64,000 nucleotides of DNA from an uncultured Candidatus Rokubacteria bacterium (GCA_963826115.1 CAWGVS010000005.1:1824001-1888000), one strand, 5' to 3'; counted from the stretch's first letter, positions 7,436 to 17,683 are shown. Made by a program: numbers and translations. The notes: a model not told the origin generated them from the letters alone.

Positions 7436-8785
7436 CTAGGGACTCGGCCGGGACCCTGCTCCGACGAGAGCCTTCACGGCCATGAGCGCGTCGCGGTAGG
7501 CGGCCGCATCGGAACCGAAGGTCCCGCCCAGGATGATGCACGGGTCGGCGAGGCTGAACGGCTGCCCGCTGTCCCGGCCCACGAGCTGACCCTCCGGACG
7601 CTCCTCCCAGAAGCAGTGGCTGGCATTCTGCTCGCGCGGGTTGTGGCGCGCCGGCCCGCCGCCCGGCCGGTCGAACTGGTGGTAGGCGCCCGCGTATTCG
7701 GTGATCTCCGCGTCGGCGCCCGCCTTGCGGAGCCGCTCCACGTAGGCCCGGCAGAGCGCCACGGGGGCGAGGTCGTCGGCCGCCCCGTGGAAGAGACGGA
7801 TCGGCCGGTCGCTCACCGCCTCGTCGCCCGCGAAGGCGTAGTAGCACGGAGCGTAGAAGGGGATGTGCAGCGCGAACCTGGCGCCGACCGGGCCGTGCAG
7901 GCGCTGGAATCGCGTGATCGCCGAGTAGAGCGCCACGGCGCCGCCCTTCGAGAATCCCATCACGGCGATCCGCGCCGGATCGATCCGGGGGTGCGTCGCC
8001 AGAAGCTCGAGCGCCCGGTAGGCGTCGCCGACCATCGCAAGGCTGCTGAGCTGCGACTGATCCTCGGCGGTCATGGCGATGCTCCGGCCCGTGAAGCTGT
8101 CGAGGACAAACGTCGCGGCGCCGGCCCGAAGGAGCTCCTCGGCCCAGCGGTCTTCGCGAGGGGTTACCCCGCCCGAGCCGTGAACGAGCACGACGGCCGG
8201 GCTCCGCCCGACCTGGCCCGACGGAAGCTCGAGGTCTCCCCAGATCACGCTGGCGGAGGCGGGCCTGATCCCCTGGAGGAACTCGGGGATCGTCGGCGTG
8301 GTGGTCCGGAATCCGATGCGGCCGGTCGGCCCGGCCATCAGTGTCGTGTGGGGCACAGGCGGCGAACAGGCGTCGACGTAGCGCAGGGACGTCGTGCTCG
8401 TGACGGCCTGTCCGTCAGCGAGCACGACTCGCAGCGTGTACCGAAACTCGGTCTGGCCCGGCGACGGCTTCCTCGGCCAGTGGAGGCGCGGACTCTCGAA
8501 TCGGCCCTGGTCGGTGGTGTGACGCTGAAGGTCGTCCCTCGACGGGGTCAAGGGCGAGCGAATCGGTCGCCCCTCGAAGAGCCCCGACAGCTCGATGTCA
8601 TTCACGGCCGCCAGACCCCCGGGAAGCCCCCGGTACGAGAACCCCCACTGGAAGATGTCCCGCAGGCACACCTGCGGCGGATCGAACCGGAACTGCTCGA
8701 GCGCCGGCTGCGCCTCGCCAAGGATCGGAGCGGCCAGGAGGGCGATACCCAGGATGCCCGTGAGAATGAGCCGCGGAGCTCTCAT
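7436..8785 (-). CDS. Secreted dienelactone hydrolase-family alpha/beta hydrolase with an extra N-terminal domain
   Basis: Signal peptide; HGSGG oxyanion segment, GFSKGG nucleophile elbow, HGAADD and AYHQFD triad motifs. Confidence 0.85.
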   Translation of the reverse strand: MRAPRLILTGILGIALLAAPILGEAQPALEQFRFDPPQVCLRDIFQWGFSYRGLPGGLAAVNDIELSGLFEGRPIRSPLTPSRDDLQRHTTDQGRFESPRLHWPRKPSPGQTEFRYTLRVVLADGQAVTSTTSLRYVDACSPPVPHTTLMAGPTGRIGFRTTTPTIPEFLQGIRPASASVIWGDLELPSGQVGRSPAVVLVHGSGGVTPREDRWAEELLRAGAATFVLDSFTGRSIAMTAEDQSQLSSLAMVGDAYRALELLATHPRIDPARIAVMGFSKGGAVALYSAITRFQRLHGPVGARFALHIPFYAPCYYAFAGDEAVSDRPIRLFHGAADDLAPVALCRAYVERLRKAGADAEITEYAGAYHQFDRPGGGPARHNPREQNASHCFWEERPEGQLVGRDSGQPFSLADPCIILGGTFGSDAAAYRDALMAVKALVGAGSRPSP

Positions 8786-8807
8786 GTGAGCCTCCTCGAG
8801 CCGATGC

Positions 8808-9611
8808 TCAGCGCGCGAACGTCGCGTGGACCTCCCCGAGACCGTCGATCGCCACCGTGACCTCGTCGCCGGCCGAGACCCAGCGCGTCTCCACCACGCT
8901 TCCCAGCAGCACGAACTCGCCGGCGTGGAGCCCGAGGCCGAGGCCTGCCCGGAGGTTCGCGAGCCAGGCCAGGGCCTCGAGGGGGTGGCCCATGACCGCC
9001 CGGCCCTCTCCCCGCCCCGCTTCCCGGCCGTTCAGCCGCGTGACGCCGGTCAGCGCCCCGAGGTCGAGATCGCGCCACCGTCCGGTCGCCGGCCCGAGAA
9101 CGCAGCCCGCGCTGAAGAAGTCGTCGGCGATCAGCGTGGGGACGTCGAGCGTGCGGTAGTCGCGGTACCGGTCGTCGACGATCTCCATCGCGGGGAGGAC
9201 GGCCGCCACCGCGCCCGAGACCCGCGCGCGGTCGAACGGCGCGCCCGCCGGGCCGAGGTCCGACCCGAGGCTCACGGCGATCTCGCACTCGACCCCGACC
9301 CGGACGTAGTCGCCGTGGCGGACGTCGGCCCGCCCCTCGTGGACCGTCCGGGTGGGCACCCCGCCGGCGCACGGGTTCCCGATGCCGAGGAAGGCCTGCA
9401 TCACCGGGGTGGTGCAGCCGATCTTGTGACCGGCGATCGGGCCCAGGCCCGCGCTCGCCAGGAGCTCGTGCAGCACCGCCTGCACGCGGTACCCGTCGGT
9501 CTCGTCCCGCGGACGGCAGTCCGCCGGCAGGGGCTCGATCGGTGTCCGCGCGAGGCGTCCGTCGCGGAGGAGCATGGCGGCGCGGCGATGGCGGTCGCTC
9601 GAAGTCTCCAT
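8808..9611 (-). CDS. 2-keto-4-pentenoate hydratase / fumarylacetoacetate hydrolase-family protein
   Basis: GHKIGCT, VECEIA, AMEIVDDR, IADDF, GHPLEALAWLAN, GEFVLLGS. Confidence 0.9.
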   Translation of the reverse strand: METSSDRHRRAAMLLRDGRLARTPIEPLPADCRPRDETDGYRVQAVLHELLASAGLGPIAGHKIGCTTPVMQAFLGIGNPCAGGVPTRTVHEGRADVRHGDYVRVGVECEIAVSLGSDLGPAGAPFDRARVSGAVAAVLPAMEIVDDRYRDYRTLDVPTLIADDFFSAGCVLGPATGRWRDLDLGALTGVTRLNGREAGRGEGRAVMGHPLEALAWLANLRAGLGLGLHAGEFVLLGSVVETRWVSAGDEVTVAIDGLGEVHATFAR

Positions 9612-9615
9612 GGCA

Positions 9616-10725
9616 TCAGCCGCGAGCCGGCGGGTCCGCCGGGATCAATCGCTCGAGCCGCGCGCGCAGCCGGCCGAGCTCCGTCGGGTCGTCGGCCCTC
9701 AAGGTGACGTGTCCCAGCTTCCGCCCGGCGCGCGGGGCCTTCCCATAGTCGTGGAGGTGCGCCCCGGGAACCGCGAGGACGGCCGGCCCGTCCGGCATCA
9801 CGCCGATGAGGTTCAGCATGAGGCTCGCGCCCGTCGCGGCCGTCGAGCCGAGCGGGAGTCCGGCGACGGCCCGCATGTGGTTCTCGAACTGGCTCGTCTC
9901 CGCGCCCTCGATCGTCCAGTGGCCCGAGTTGTGAACGCGCGGCGCCATCTCGTTGGCGAGGAGCGCCTCGCCGACCTGGAAGAGCTCGATCGCGAGCACG
10001 CCGACGTACTCGAGGGCGTCCAGCACGCGTCGGGCGTGCCCCTCAGCCCGCGCCTGAAGGCCCGGCGAGACGTGGGGCGCGGGGGCGAGGCTCCGCCGCA
10101 GAATGCCGCCCGCGTGCAGGTTCTCCACGAGCGGGTAGCAGGCGGTTGCGCCATCCCGGCCCCGCGCCGCGAGGATCGAGAGCTCCCGGTCGAAACGGAC
10201 GAAGCCCTCGAGAATCAGGGGCGCGCTCCCGAGCTTCGCCCAGGCCTCTTCGACGTCGCCCGGCATCCTCAGGACCTGCTGGCCCTTGCCGTCGTAGCCG
10301 AGGCGTCGCGTCTTGAGCACGGCCGGGCACCCGAGCTCCGCGACGGCGCGGGCCAGGTCATCGCGGCTCGCCACTCCCCGCCACGGCGCCACGGGAATCC
10401 CCACCGCCTCGAGGAACCGCTTCTCGTCCACGCGGTCCTGCGAGACCTCCAGCGCTCCGGGCGGCGGAAGGATCCGCGCGCGCGCCGCCAGGCGCCGGGT
10501 CGAGGCCGCGGGCACGTTCTCGAACTCGTAGGTGACGAGCGCGAGACCGTCGGCGAAGAGGTCGAGCGCCACCGGATCGTCGTACGCGCCCACGACGAGC
10601 TCGCCCGCGCGGCCAGCCGGCGCCTCGGGCGACGGATCCAGGAACCGGCAGCGGATGCCGATCGGGTCGGCCGCGCGCGCCAGCATCCAGCCGAGCTGGC
10701 CGCCGCCCAGGACGCCGACCCTCAC
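9616..10725 (-). CDS. purK: N5-carboxyaminoimidazole ribonucleotide synthase
   Basis: [43 protein letters not shown]; GTG start overlaps the purE stop. Confidence 0.96.
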   Translation of the reverse strand: MRVGVLGGGQLGWMLARAADPIGIRCRFLDPSPEAPAGRAGELVVGAYDDPVALDLFADGLALVTYEFENVPAASTRRLAARARILPPPGALEVSQDRVDEKRFLEAVGIPVAPWRGVASRDDLARAVAELGCPAVLKTRRLGYDGKGQQVLRMPGDVEEAWAKLGSAPLILEGFVRFDRELSILAARGRDGATACYPLVENLHAGGILRRSLAPAPHVSPGLQARAEGHARRVLDALEYVGVLAIELFQVGEALLANEMAPRVHNSGHWTIEGAETSQFENHMRAVAGLPLGSTAATGASLMLNLIGVMPDGPAVLAVPGAHLHDYGKAPRAGRKLGHVTLRADDPTELGRLRARLERLIPADPPARG

Positions 10726-11264
10726 GGGCGCGGCGGGGCGGCCGGAGGCGCCGGGGCGATCCGCGGATCCGGAGAGTCGAGTACCGCGCGCGTCTGCCGG
10801 GCCCGGAAGCGCTCGACCGCCTCGCGGAACCGCGCGTGCTTCGTGCCCAGGATGGACGCGGCGAGAAGCGCGGCGTTGATCGCGCCCGCCCGCCCGATGG
10901 CGAGCGTGCCGACCGGGACGCCCGCGGGCATCTGGACGATGGACAGGAGCGAGTCGAGACCGTTCAGCACGCGTGACTCGACGGGCACGCCCAGGACCGG
11001 CAGCGGCGTCTTCGCGGCGGTCATGCCGGGGAGGTGCGCCGCACCACCCGCGGCCGCGATGATCACGCCGAGGCCGCGGCCCGCCGCCGACTGGGCATAC
11101 TCGAACAGGAGGTCGGGCGTCCGGTGCGCCGAGACGATGCGGACCTCGTACGGCACGCCCAGCACCTCGAGCGTGGCAACGGCATGGGCCATGGTCTCCC
11201 AGTCCGACCGGGAGCCCATGATCACGCCTACCAGAGGCCGCGCGTCGTTCCGCTTCTTCGCCAC
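10722..11264 (-). CDS. purE: N5-carboxyaminoimidazole ribonucleotide mutase
   Basis: [38 protein letters not shown]. Confidence 0.97.
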   Translation of the reverse strand: MAKKRNDARPLVGVIMGSRSDWETMAHAVATLEVLGVPYEVRIVSAHRTPDLLFEYAQSAAGRGLGVIIAAAGGAAHLPGMTAAKTPLPVLGVPVESRVLNGLDSLLSIVQMPAGVPVGTLAIGRAGAINAALLAASILGTKHARFREAVERFRARQTRAVLDSPDPRIAPAPPAAPPRP

Positions 11265-11281
11265 CGGGCAGCTCCGCGCCG

Positions 11282-11288
11282 TAGTATA
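11282..11288. promoter_or_regulatory. Overlapping divergent -10 elements for eamA (+) and purE (-)
   Basis: The only AT island in a 31-nt intergenic gap: TAGTAT (+, 11282-11287) 8 nt before the ATG, and TATACT (-, 11283-11288). Confidence 0.5.
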
Positions 11289-11295
11289 TCGCGGG

Positions 11296-12159
11296 ATGGG
11301 AGCCCTCCTGATCGTCGCCGCCGCCGTCACCTGGGCCACGACGGGCGCGACGATGAAGCTCGTCGCCGCCACCGGATCGCCGATCTCGCCGCTCCTCGTG
11401 GGCTTCCTCCGGGTCGCCATCGCGGCCCCGTGCCTGTGCCTGGCCGCGCGCTGGCTCGGCGGCCCCATCCAACTGCCGTCCGGCGGCGATCGCCGGCGCT
11501 TCCTCGTGGCCGGGCTGGCGATGGGTCTCTTCCAGCCGTTCTACTTCTGGGGCGTCGCGAAAACGTCGGTCGCGATCGGGTCCCTCATCGCCATCTGCAG
11601 CGCCCCGCTCCTGATCACCGTGCTGGCGGCGCTGTTCCTCGACGAGCGCATCGACCGCCGCACGTGGACGGCCCTCCTCGTAGGCATCGCGGGCACCGCG
11701 CTCCTCACGGTCGGGCCCCACGGCCTCTCGGGGCTCCCCCCGGGATTCCTGGCCGGCGTGGCGCTCGAGCTGGTCGCGGGCCTCTGCTACGCGATCTACG
11801 CCGTGACCGTGAAGAGCCTCGTCCACCGGGCGCCGCCGCTCACGATCGCGGCGGGCACCTTCTCGGTCGCCGCGCTCACGCTCCTGCCCGTGCTCCTGGT
11901 GGAGTGGCCGGTGGCCGACCTGCGGGGGTGGACGCTCCTCGTCTACCTCGGCGTGGTGCCAACCGCGGTCGCGTACGTCCTCTACGCGATCGGCCTGCGC
12001 ACGACGCCGGTGACGGTGTCGGGGGTGCTGACCCTCCTGGAGCCCCTCACGGCCACGCTCCTCGGGGTCCTGTTCTTCGGCGACCGCCTGGGCCCGGTCG
12101 GCGGCGTCGGCGCCGCGCTCCTCGTCTCCGCTGTGCTCGGGCTCACGATCCGGCGGTGA
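11296..12159 (+). CDS. EamA/DMT-family transporter
   Basis: About 10 hydrophobic segments in two repeats; [40 protein letters not shown]. Confidence 0.92.
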   Translation: MGALLIVAAAVTWATTGATMKLVAATGSPISPLLVGFLRVAIAAPCLCLAARWLGGPIQLPSGGDRRRFLVAGLAMGLFQPFYFWGVAKTSVAIGSLIAICSAPLLITVLAALFLDERIDRRTWTALLVGIAGTALLTVGPHGLSGLPPGFLAGVALELVAGLCYAIYAVTVKSLVHRAPPLTIAAGTFSVAALTLLPVLLVEWPVADLRGWTLLVYLGVVPTAVAYVLYAIGLRTTPVTVSGVLTLLEPLTATLLGVLFFGDRLGPVGGVGAALLVSAVLGLTIRR

Positions 12160-13357
12160 CGGGCGCACCGGTGTCCACCGGGGGGAACCGGAACGTCTCG
12201 GAAACCGCGCCGGCCGTGCCGGTCTCGACCAGGCGGGCCACGTCCAGCCGACGCTCCGCGTCCAGGACCGCCTCCGCGGTGGCGCGCGTCTCGGGATGCT
12301 TCGGCACGAAGAGCGTGCAGCAGTCCTGGTCGGGCTCGATGGAGGTCTCGTACGTCCCGATCGCCCGCGCCTCGCGGATGATCTCCTCCTTGTCGGTCCC
12401 GATGAGCGGCCGGAACACCGGCATGCTCACGACCTCCGTCGTCCGGGCTAGGTTCTCGAGCGTCTGCGACGCCACCTGGCCGAGGCTCTCCCCGGTCACG
12501 AGGGCGAGCGCGCCGGTCTTGCGGGCGATCGCCTCGGCGATCCGCGTCATGAGGCGTCGGTAGACGACGACGCGCAGCGGCCCGGGCACGCCGAGCACGA
12601 TCTCGCGCTGGATCTCCCCGAACGGCACCAGCCACAGGCGCGCCTGGAACTGGTGGCGCGCCAGGCGCTCGACCAGGGCGCGCGCCTTCCGTTGCGATGT
12701 GTCGGCGAGATACGGGACCGAGTGGAAGTGCACGAACTCGACCTCGCAGCCTCGCTTCTGGAGCCGGCACGCCGCCACCGGGGAGTCGATTCCGCCCGAG
12801 AGGAGCGCGACCACGCGACCGGACACGCCGACCGGCAGGCCGCCGGGCCCCCCGACGCGGTCGACGAAGACGAACGCCTCGCGCGGCAGGAGGTCCACGC
12901 GAACGGTGAGCGCGGGCTCGCTGAGGTTCACGCGGGTTGCGAAGTGACGGAGCACCAGGGCGCCGAGCTCCCGGTTGATCTCGTCCGACGGCATCGGGAA
13001 GACCTTGAAGGTCCGGCGCGCGGTCACCCGGAACGACTCGAAGGTCCGCCCCTCGAGGAGCTGGAGCACGGCGGCCTGGACCGCTCCCCACTCGGGCGGG
13101 AGCGACAGCGCGGGCGCGAAGTAGGCGATCCCGAACACGGTGGCGACGCGCTCGCGGAGCCGCGCGAGGTCGGCGTCCGGCGCGAGGTCGAGCACCAGCC
13201 GGCCGGGCAGACGGCGAAGGCCCGCGACGCCGCATCCCGCCGTGGCCGCGAGGAGGTTCCTTCCCAGCCGCCGGAGGAAGAGCGGGCGGTTGCCACCCTT
13301 CAGGCTGATCTCGTGGTAGTGGACGACCACGCACGGAGACGGCGCGCGCCCGCTCAA
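12143..13357 (-). CDS. thiI: tRNA 4-thiouridine synthase (THUMP + PP-loop, no rhodanese domain)
   Basis: EISLKGGNR, LLSGGIDSPVA, TGESLGQVASQT, RPLIG, DCC. Confidence 0.95.
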   Translation of the reverse strand: MSGRAPSPCVVVHYHEISLKGGNRPLFLRRLGRNLLAATAGCGVAGLRRLPGRLVLDLAPDADLARLRERVATVFGIAYFAPALSLPPEWGAVQAAVLQLLEGRTFESFRVTARRTFKVFPMPSDEINRELGALVLRHFATRVNLSEPALTVRVDLLPREAFVFVDRVGGPGGLPVGVSGRVVALLSGGIDSPVAACRLQKRGCEVEFVHFHSVPYLADTSQRKARALVERLARHQFQARLWLVPFGEIQREIVLGVPGPLRVVVYRRLMTRIAEAIARKTGALALVTGESLGQVASQTLENLARTTEVVSMPVFRPLIGTDKEEIIREARAIGTYETSIEPDQDCCTLFVPKHPETRATAEAVLDAERRLDVARLVETGTAGAVSETFRFPPVDTGAPVTAGS

Positions 13358-13361
13358 CGGA

Positions 13362-13496
13362 TCAGCTCTCCCGGTCGGGTCGGCCGCGGTGCTTCGAGCG
13401 GCGGCGGTAGACCGTGGGCGGGATCTCGACCTTGGGCGGCTTCCGCGGCATGGGCTTCCGGGGCTGCGCCGGCCGCGAGACGCGCTTCTTCGCCAC
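13362..13496 (-). CDS. Small basic protein (44 aa), possibly ArfA-like
   Basis: MAKKRVSRPAQPRKPMPRKPPKVEIPPTVYRRRSKHRGRPDRES. 43 of 44 codons end in G/C; its stop lies 4 nt before the thiI start. Not in the ORF track. Confidence 0.7.
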   Translation of the reverse strand: MAKKRVSRPAQPRKPMPRKPPKVEIPPTVYRRRSKHRGRPDRES

Positions 13497-13554
13497 GCTC
13501 AGCCGCGACCGAGAGAGACGGGGCGGCGCGCGCGCCGTCTCACCGTCGTCTCGT

Positions 13555-14379
13555 TCAGTACGCGCCGGCGGGGAACGTCGACACGCTCGCCGGGTGCCCC
13601 GCGCGCCGATACATCTTCACCCCGCCCCAGGACATGCCGTCGACCGCGCCGAGGACCCCGTCGTGGATCGCCCAGCTCCGTCCCCGGATGGTCCCGTCGA
13701 ACCCCCGGCGCCGGAACTCCGTCGAGTCGTCGAGCGCCCGGTGGAGCCGCCCCCCGCGCTGGAACTCCGACTGGATCGTCTCCATCGTCTCCCGCCCCAG
13801 CAGGTAGTCGCAGCCGTGCCGCTCGTAGAGGAGGGCGGAGTGGTAGAAGAGCGGCTCCACGAGGAACAGCTCCTTCCCGAACAGCCGGCAGAAGTCGTCC
13901 ATGGCGTCCAGCACGCGGCCGAGCATCCGGAGCCCGGGACGCACCTGCCCCGGCGCGAGCCCCGCGGCGGCGGCCCGCCGCTCCTCCGGGAGGTTGCGCG
14001 TCACCGTGCCGAAGAGCGTCTCCTGGCCGTCCTCGTCCCGGTCGATGGCGAACCGCGGCGAGCGAGGGTCCGTGATCTGCACGAACGAAAGTTCGGGCAC
14101 CCCGAAGGGGCCGACCTCGACGTCGACCAGCACGATGGGATCGCGGTCGTCCCGCGACGCGCGGAGCTCGACGCGCGCCCAGCTCTGCTCGGGCGGCGCG
14201 AAGATGCGCAGGAGTCGGTGTCCCGCCACGTTCAGCCCCGTCGCCCGGTCGACGCCGACGCGCGCGCACACCTCGAGCGGGATCAGGCGCCCGTACAGGC
14301 CCTCGCGCAGCGGCGCCGGCAGCCCGTTCAGCTCCTGGAGGGAGCCGAGCTCGGGGGCGGCGACGCGCGCGTCCCTCAA
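13555..14379 (-). CDS. Conserved hypothetical protein, possibly remote GNAT-like fold
   Basis: TTG start overlaps the mobA stop; globular sequence with PRFAIDRD, GLAPGQVRPGLR, EPLFYHSALLYERHG, GRSWAIHDG. Confidence 0.75.
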   Translation of the reverse strand: MRDARVAAPELGSLQELNGLPAPLREGLYGRLIPLEVCARVGVDRATGLNVAGHRLLRIFAPPEQSWARVELRASRDDRDPIVLVDVEVGPFGVPELSFVQITDPRSPRFAIDRDEDGQETLFGTVTRNLPEERRAAAAGLAPGQVRPGLRMLGRVLDAMDDFCRLFGKELFLVEPLFYHSALLYERHGCDYLLGRETMETIQSEFQRGGRLHRALDDSTEFRRRGFDGTIRGRSWAIHDGVLGAVDGMSWGGVKMYRRAGHPASVSTFPAGAY

Positions 14380-15035
14380 CAACCCGCCCCGGTCCCGTCC
14401 GGCACGCCGGTCGAGGGGCCGCGAGCTGCGCCGCCCGCCCGCCGGTCCCAAAGGGCGCGGGCATGTGCCAGGTCCTCCGGGGTATTGAGGTTCAGGAACA
14501 CGAGCTCCGGGTCGGCGAAGTGCGCCACGGCGGCCGCGGGGACGCGAACGACACGGACGTCGTCGAAGACACCCGCGACCGCGAGCTGACCAGCCCGGAG
14601 CCGCCGCTCCATCGCCGGGAGGCACGCCTTCCCGTACACCGCGTGGAGCGTCTGGAGCCGACCGCCGCCCTCCGGCACGATCACGTCCGCGTCGGCCGCG
14701 CGCCCGGCGAGGTGCGCCACCAGCGGGCCCGAAATGAAGGGCATGTCAGAGGCCACGCAGAGGGCGGCGTCCCCCGGAACGGCCCGGAGACCCGAGTAGA
14801 TCCCGCCCAGCGGGCCACCCTCCGGGGAGACGTCGCCCACCATCGGGAGGCCGAGAGAGGTGTACAGCTCGGGGCTGTTCGTGACAACCAGGCAGTCCGG
14901 CAAGACCGATTGCAACGTCTCCGCTATGTGCTCGATCAGTGGACGACCGCCGAACGGAAGGAGCGCCTTCGGGGACCCACCCATCCGCCGGTTCTTACCG
15001 CCGGCCAAGATCACACCGCTCACGCGGGATATCAC
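14376..15035 (-). CDS. mobA: Molybdenum cofactor guanylyltransferase
   Basis: ILAGGKNRRMG, KALL, GPLGGI, ASDMPF, FLNLNTPED; extended -10 TGCTATCAT at 15051-15059. Confidence 0.92.
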   Translation of the reverse strand: MISRVSGVILAGGKNRRMGGSPKALLPFGGRPLIEHIAETLQSVLPDCLVVTNSPELYTSLGLPMVGDVSPEGGPLGGIYSGLRAVPGDAALCVASDMPFISGPLVAHLAGRAADADVIVPEGGGRLQTLHAVYGKACLPAMERRLRAGQLAVAGVFDDVRVVRVPAAAVAHFADPELVFLNLNTPEDLAHARALWDRRAGGAARGPSTGVPDGTGAGC

Positions 15036-15128
15036 ACCGAAACCGCCCGCATGATAGCACCCGCCCCCGCCACGACACACGTTTTGACGGGACCGGACCG
15101 CGAACGGATTCGGGGCGTCCGGAGGGCT

Positions 15129-16501
15129 CTAGGCGGCCGCCTGGATCTCCCGGAGCGACCGGTCGTAGCCCCGCACGATCCCGTCGATCTCCGCGTCCCC
15201 GTGCGCGTTCGACAGGAAGCTGTGCCGCGGGTGGATCAGGACCCCCTCGGTCAGGAGGAACAGGAACAGGGCCTGGAGCAGGTCCGGATCCTCGACCGCC
15301 GCGTCGCGGACGCTCATCACCGGGCCGTCGACGAACCGGAACGCGAACAAGGAGCCGAGCCCGCACGCCCGGAGCGGGATGCCCAGGGACGCCGCCAGGG
15401 ACGGCACCTCCCGTCGGATGCGGTCGCCCCGGACGTTCATCGCGCCGTAGAGGTCCCGGTGCTCCCTCAGGAAGTCGAGCGTCGCGTTGGCGGCGGCCAC
15501 GGACGTCGGGTTCCCGTTGAACGTGCCTCCGTAGGCGACCGGCGTGCGTCCCGCCTTCTTGGCGTCGGGCACCGACATGAGCCGGAGGAGCTCCCGCGAG
15601 CCCGCGACCGCGCCGAACGGGAAGCCGCCCCCCAGGATCTTGCCGAACGTCGCGAGGTCGGCCCGGATGCCGTAGTGCTCCTGGGCGCCGCCGAGGGCAA
15701 TCCGGAAGCCGGTGATGACCTCGTCGAAGATGAGGACGACACCGTGCCGGGCGGTGACCGCGCGCAGACCGGCGAGAAACTCCGGTGTCCCCGCGATCGA
15801 CCCCGCCGACCCCTGCACCGGCTCGACGATCACCGCCGCCAGCTCATGAGCGTGAGCCGCGATGCGGTCGAGCGCCGCCGGATGATTGAAGGGTAGGACC
15901 ATCGTGTTCGCCACGGTCTCCTCGGGGATCCCCGGCGACTCGACGGTCGCCACCGGCGCCTCCACCGGACCCGCTTCTCCCGGCTTGTACTGGACGCTCA
16001 TCATCACGGTGTCGTGGATGCCGTGGTACCCGCCCTCGAACTGGCGATCTTCTTCCGGCCCGTGTAGGCGCGCGCGAGCCGGAGAGCGTGGAGCGTCGCC
16101 TCGGAGCCCGAGCTGCAGAAGGTCGTCATCTCCGCCCCGGGCACGGCGGCGATCACCTTCTCCGCCAGTTCCGTCTCCCCGGCGTGCGGCAGGGCGTACA
16201 CCGTGCCGTTCATCAGCGCACGCATCACCGAGGCGGTGATCGCCTCCGGCGAGTGGCCGAGGATGACCGGGCCGAACCCGAGACGACAGTCCACATACTC
16301 CCGGCCGTCGACGTCCCAGATCCGGGCGCCGCGCGCGTCCCGGACATACAGGGGGTGCGGGTCCGCGTAGCGGATGCTGCTGGTCACGCCCCCCGGCATG
16401 AGGTGTCGCGAGCGCTCGTACAGCTCTGCCGAGCCCTTCGACTGTCGCGCGAGCTTCTCCTGCGCGATCCGCAGAGCCGCCTTTCCATTCAAGGTCTTCA
16501 T
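15129..16501 (-). CDS. Class-III PLP aminotransferase (GSA-aminomutase-like), frameshifted near 16042
   Basis: MPGGVTS, DVDGREYVD, SGSEAT, then in another frame FEGGYHG, IFDEVITGFR, TFGKILGGG, GTFNGNP. One missing A in GCC A(A)G TTC restores a 457-aa protein. Confidence 0.85.
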
Positions 16502-16532
16502 CGGTCCTCCCGCTGGTTGTGTCGCGGTGACT

Positions 16533-16573
16533 CGGGTCCCGCGGGCGAGGCCAACCCCCGCCCGCGTGACCCG
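16533..16573 (-). other. Long intercistronic stem-loop after the substrate-binding protein gene
   Basis: CGGGTC-A-CGCGGGCG...CGCCCGCG-G-GACCCG inverted repeat with no U-tract; likely an mRNA stability element. Confidence 0.6.
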
Positions 16574-16579
16574 GGGGTC

Positions 16580-17683
16580 CTAGCCGGCCTTGTACTCGTT
16601 CCAGACCTGCGTCCACTTCTCGATGTTTGTGGGCGCGTCCAGCATGGTCATCTTGCCGATCGCGTCCCAGTTCTTCATGCCGACCGCGTTCACGAGCGCG
16701 CCCTGCCCCTTCTGCTCGAGCAGCTTGATCGCGAGCTCGCTGTTGACCGGGTACTTCGACTTCATGGCCAGCGCGGCCTGGCTCTCGGCCGAGCCGAACG
16801 AGTTGATCCACTGAATGGCCGCGTCGCGGTGCGCCGCGCCTTTCACCAGCATGTTCCCGTCGACCCAGCCGGTCGTGCCCTCCTTCGGGAACACGAAGCC
16901 GAAGTCGGCGCCGCCGGCGTCCTTGATCCGGTAGCACACGCCCGGGGACGGGCAGAAGCCCAGGTCGCCCTCACCGGAGGCCATGGCCTTCACGAAGTCC
17001 GACGACGAGGCAGTGAAGGTCTTGATGAGCGGGCGCTGCTCCATGAGCTTCTTCTTCACCTGCTGGAGCTGGTCGTCCGTCAGGTTGAACGGCTCCTTGA
17101 ACCCGAGGTAGATCGCGACGGCGGCGATGTACTCGGAGGGCCGGTCCATCTGGATGATGCGGCCCTTCCACTTCTTGTCCCACAGGACGTCCCACGTGTT
17201 GAACTCGGGCACCGTGCCCTTTCGGTAGACGATGGGCTCCGCCGACCACTGGTTGGGGAACTGCATCATCTTGCCGTCGGCCATCTTCCAGATCTTGAGG
17301 TTCTTGAGCGACGGCGCTAAGCTCTTCCCGCTCGACATCTTGTCGAAGTCGAGCCCCTCGATCAGCCCGGCCTTGTTGTACTGGACCGGCCAGAAGCCGT
17401 CCGACATGCTGATGTCGAACTGCTTGCCCCCGCCCTGCTTGACTTTGAGATAGCCCTCCGAATCGTCCTCGAAGTTGATCGGGTTGATCTGGATCTTGGT
17501 CTTACCCGTGAAGTCCTTCATGAGCTCGGGCAGCTGGTACACCGACCAGCTGAGCCAGTTCACGGGACCGCCCTGGGCGGCCGCGGGACGCACCCCGGCC
17601 GCCGCCATGACGCCTCCGGCGACCGCCGCCGTGCCCCGCAGGAAGTCGCGCCGCGAGACCTCTCTGTCCGACCGCTCGCTCAT
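16580..17683 (-). CDS. ABC transporter substrate-binding protein (PotD/PotF-like), Tat-exported
   Basis: Twin-arginine signal SRRDFL...AAA; FTGKTKIQIN, WDVLWDKKWKGRI, PKEGTTGWVD. Confidence 0.9.
   Translation of the reverse strand: MSERSDREVSRRDFLRGTAAVAGGVMAAAGVRPAAAQGGPVNWLSWSVYQLPELMKDFTGKTKIQINPINFEDDSEGYLKVKQGGGKQFDISMSDGFWPVQYNKAGLIEGLDFDKMSSGKSLAPSLKNLKIWKMADGKMMQFPNQWSAEPIVYRKGTVPEFNTWDVLWDKKWKGRIIQMDRPSEYIAAVAIYLGFKEPFNLTDDQLQQVKKKLMEQRPLIKTFTASSSDFVKAMASGEGDLGFCPSPGVCYRIKDAGGADFGFVFPKEGTTGWVDGNMLVKGAAHRDAAIQWINSFGSAESQAALAMKSKYPVNSELAIKLLEQKGQGALVNAVGMKNWDAIGKMTMLDAPTNIEKWTQVWNEYKAG

Noticed and set aside
15129-16501. Calling the aminotransferase hemL
   Set aside because: It has GGVTSSIR rather than GGVNSPVR and sits in a transport operon, not a haem context.
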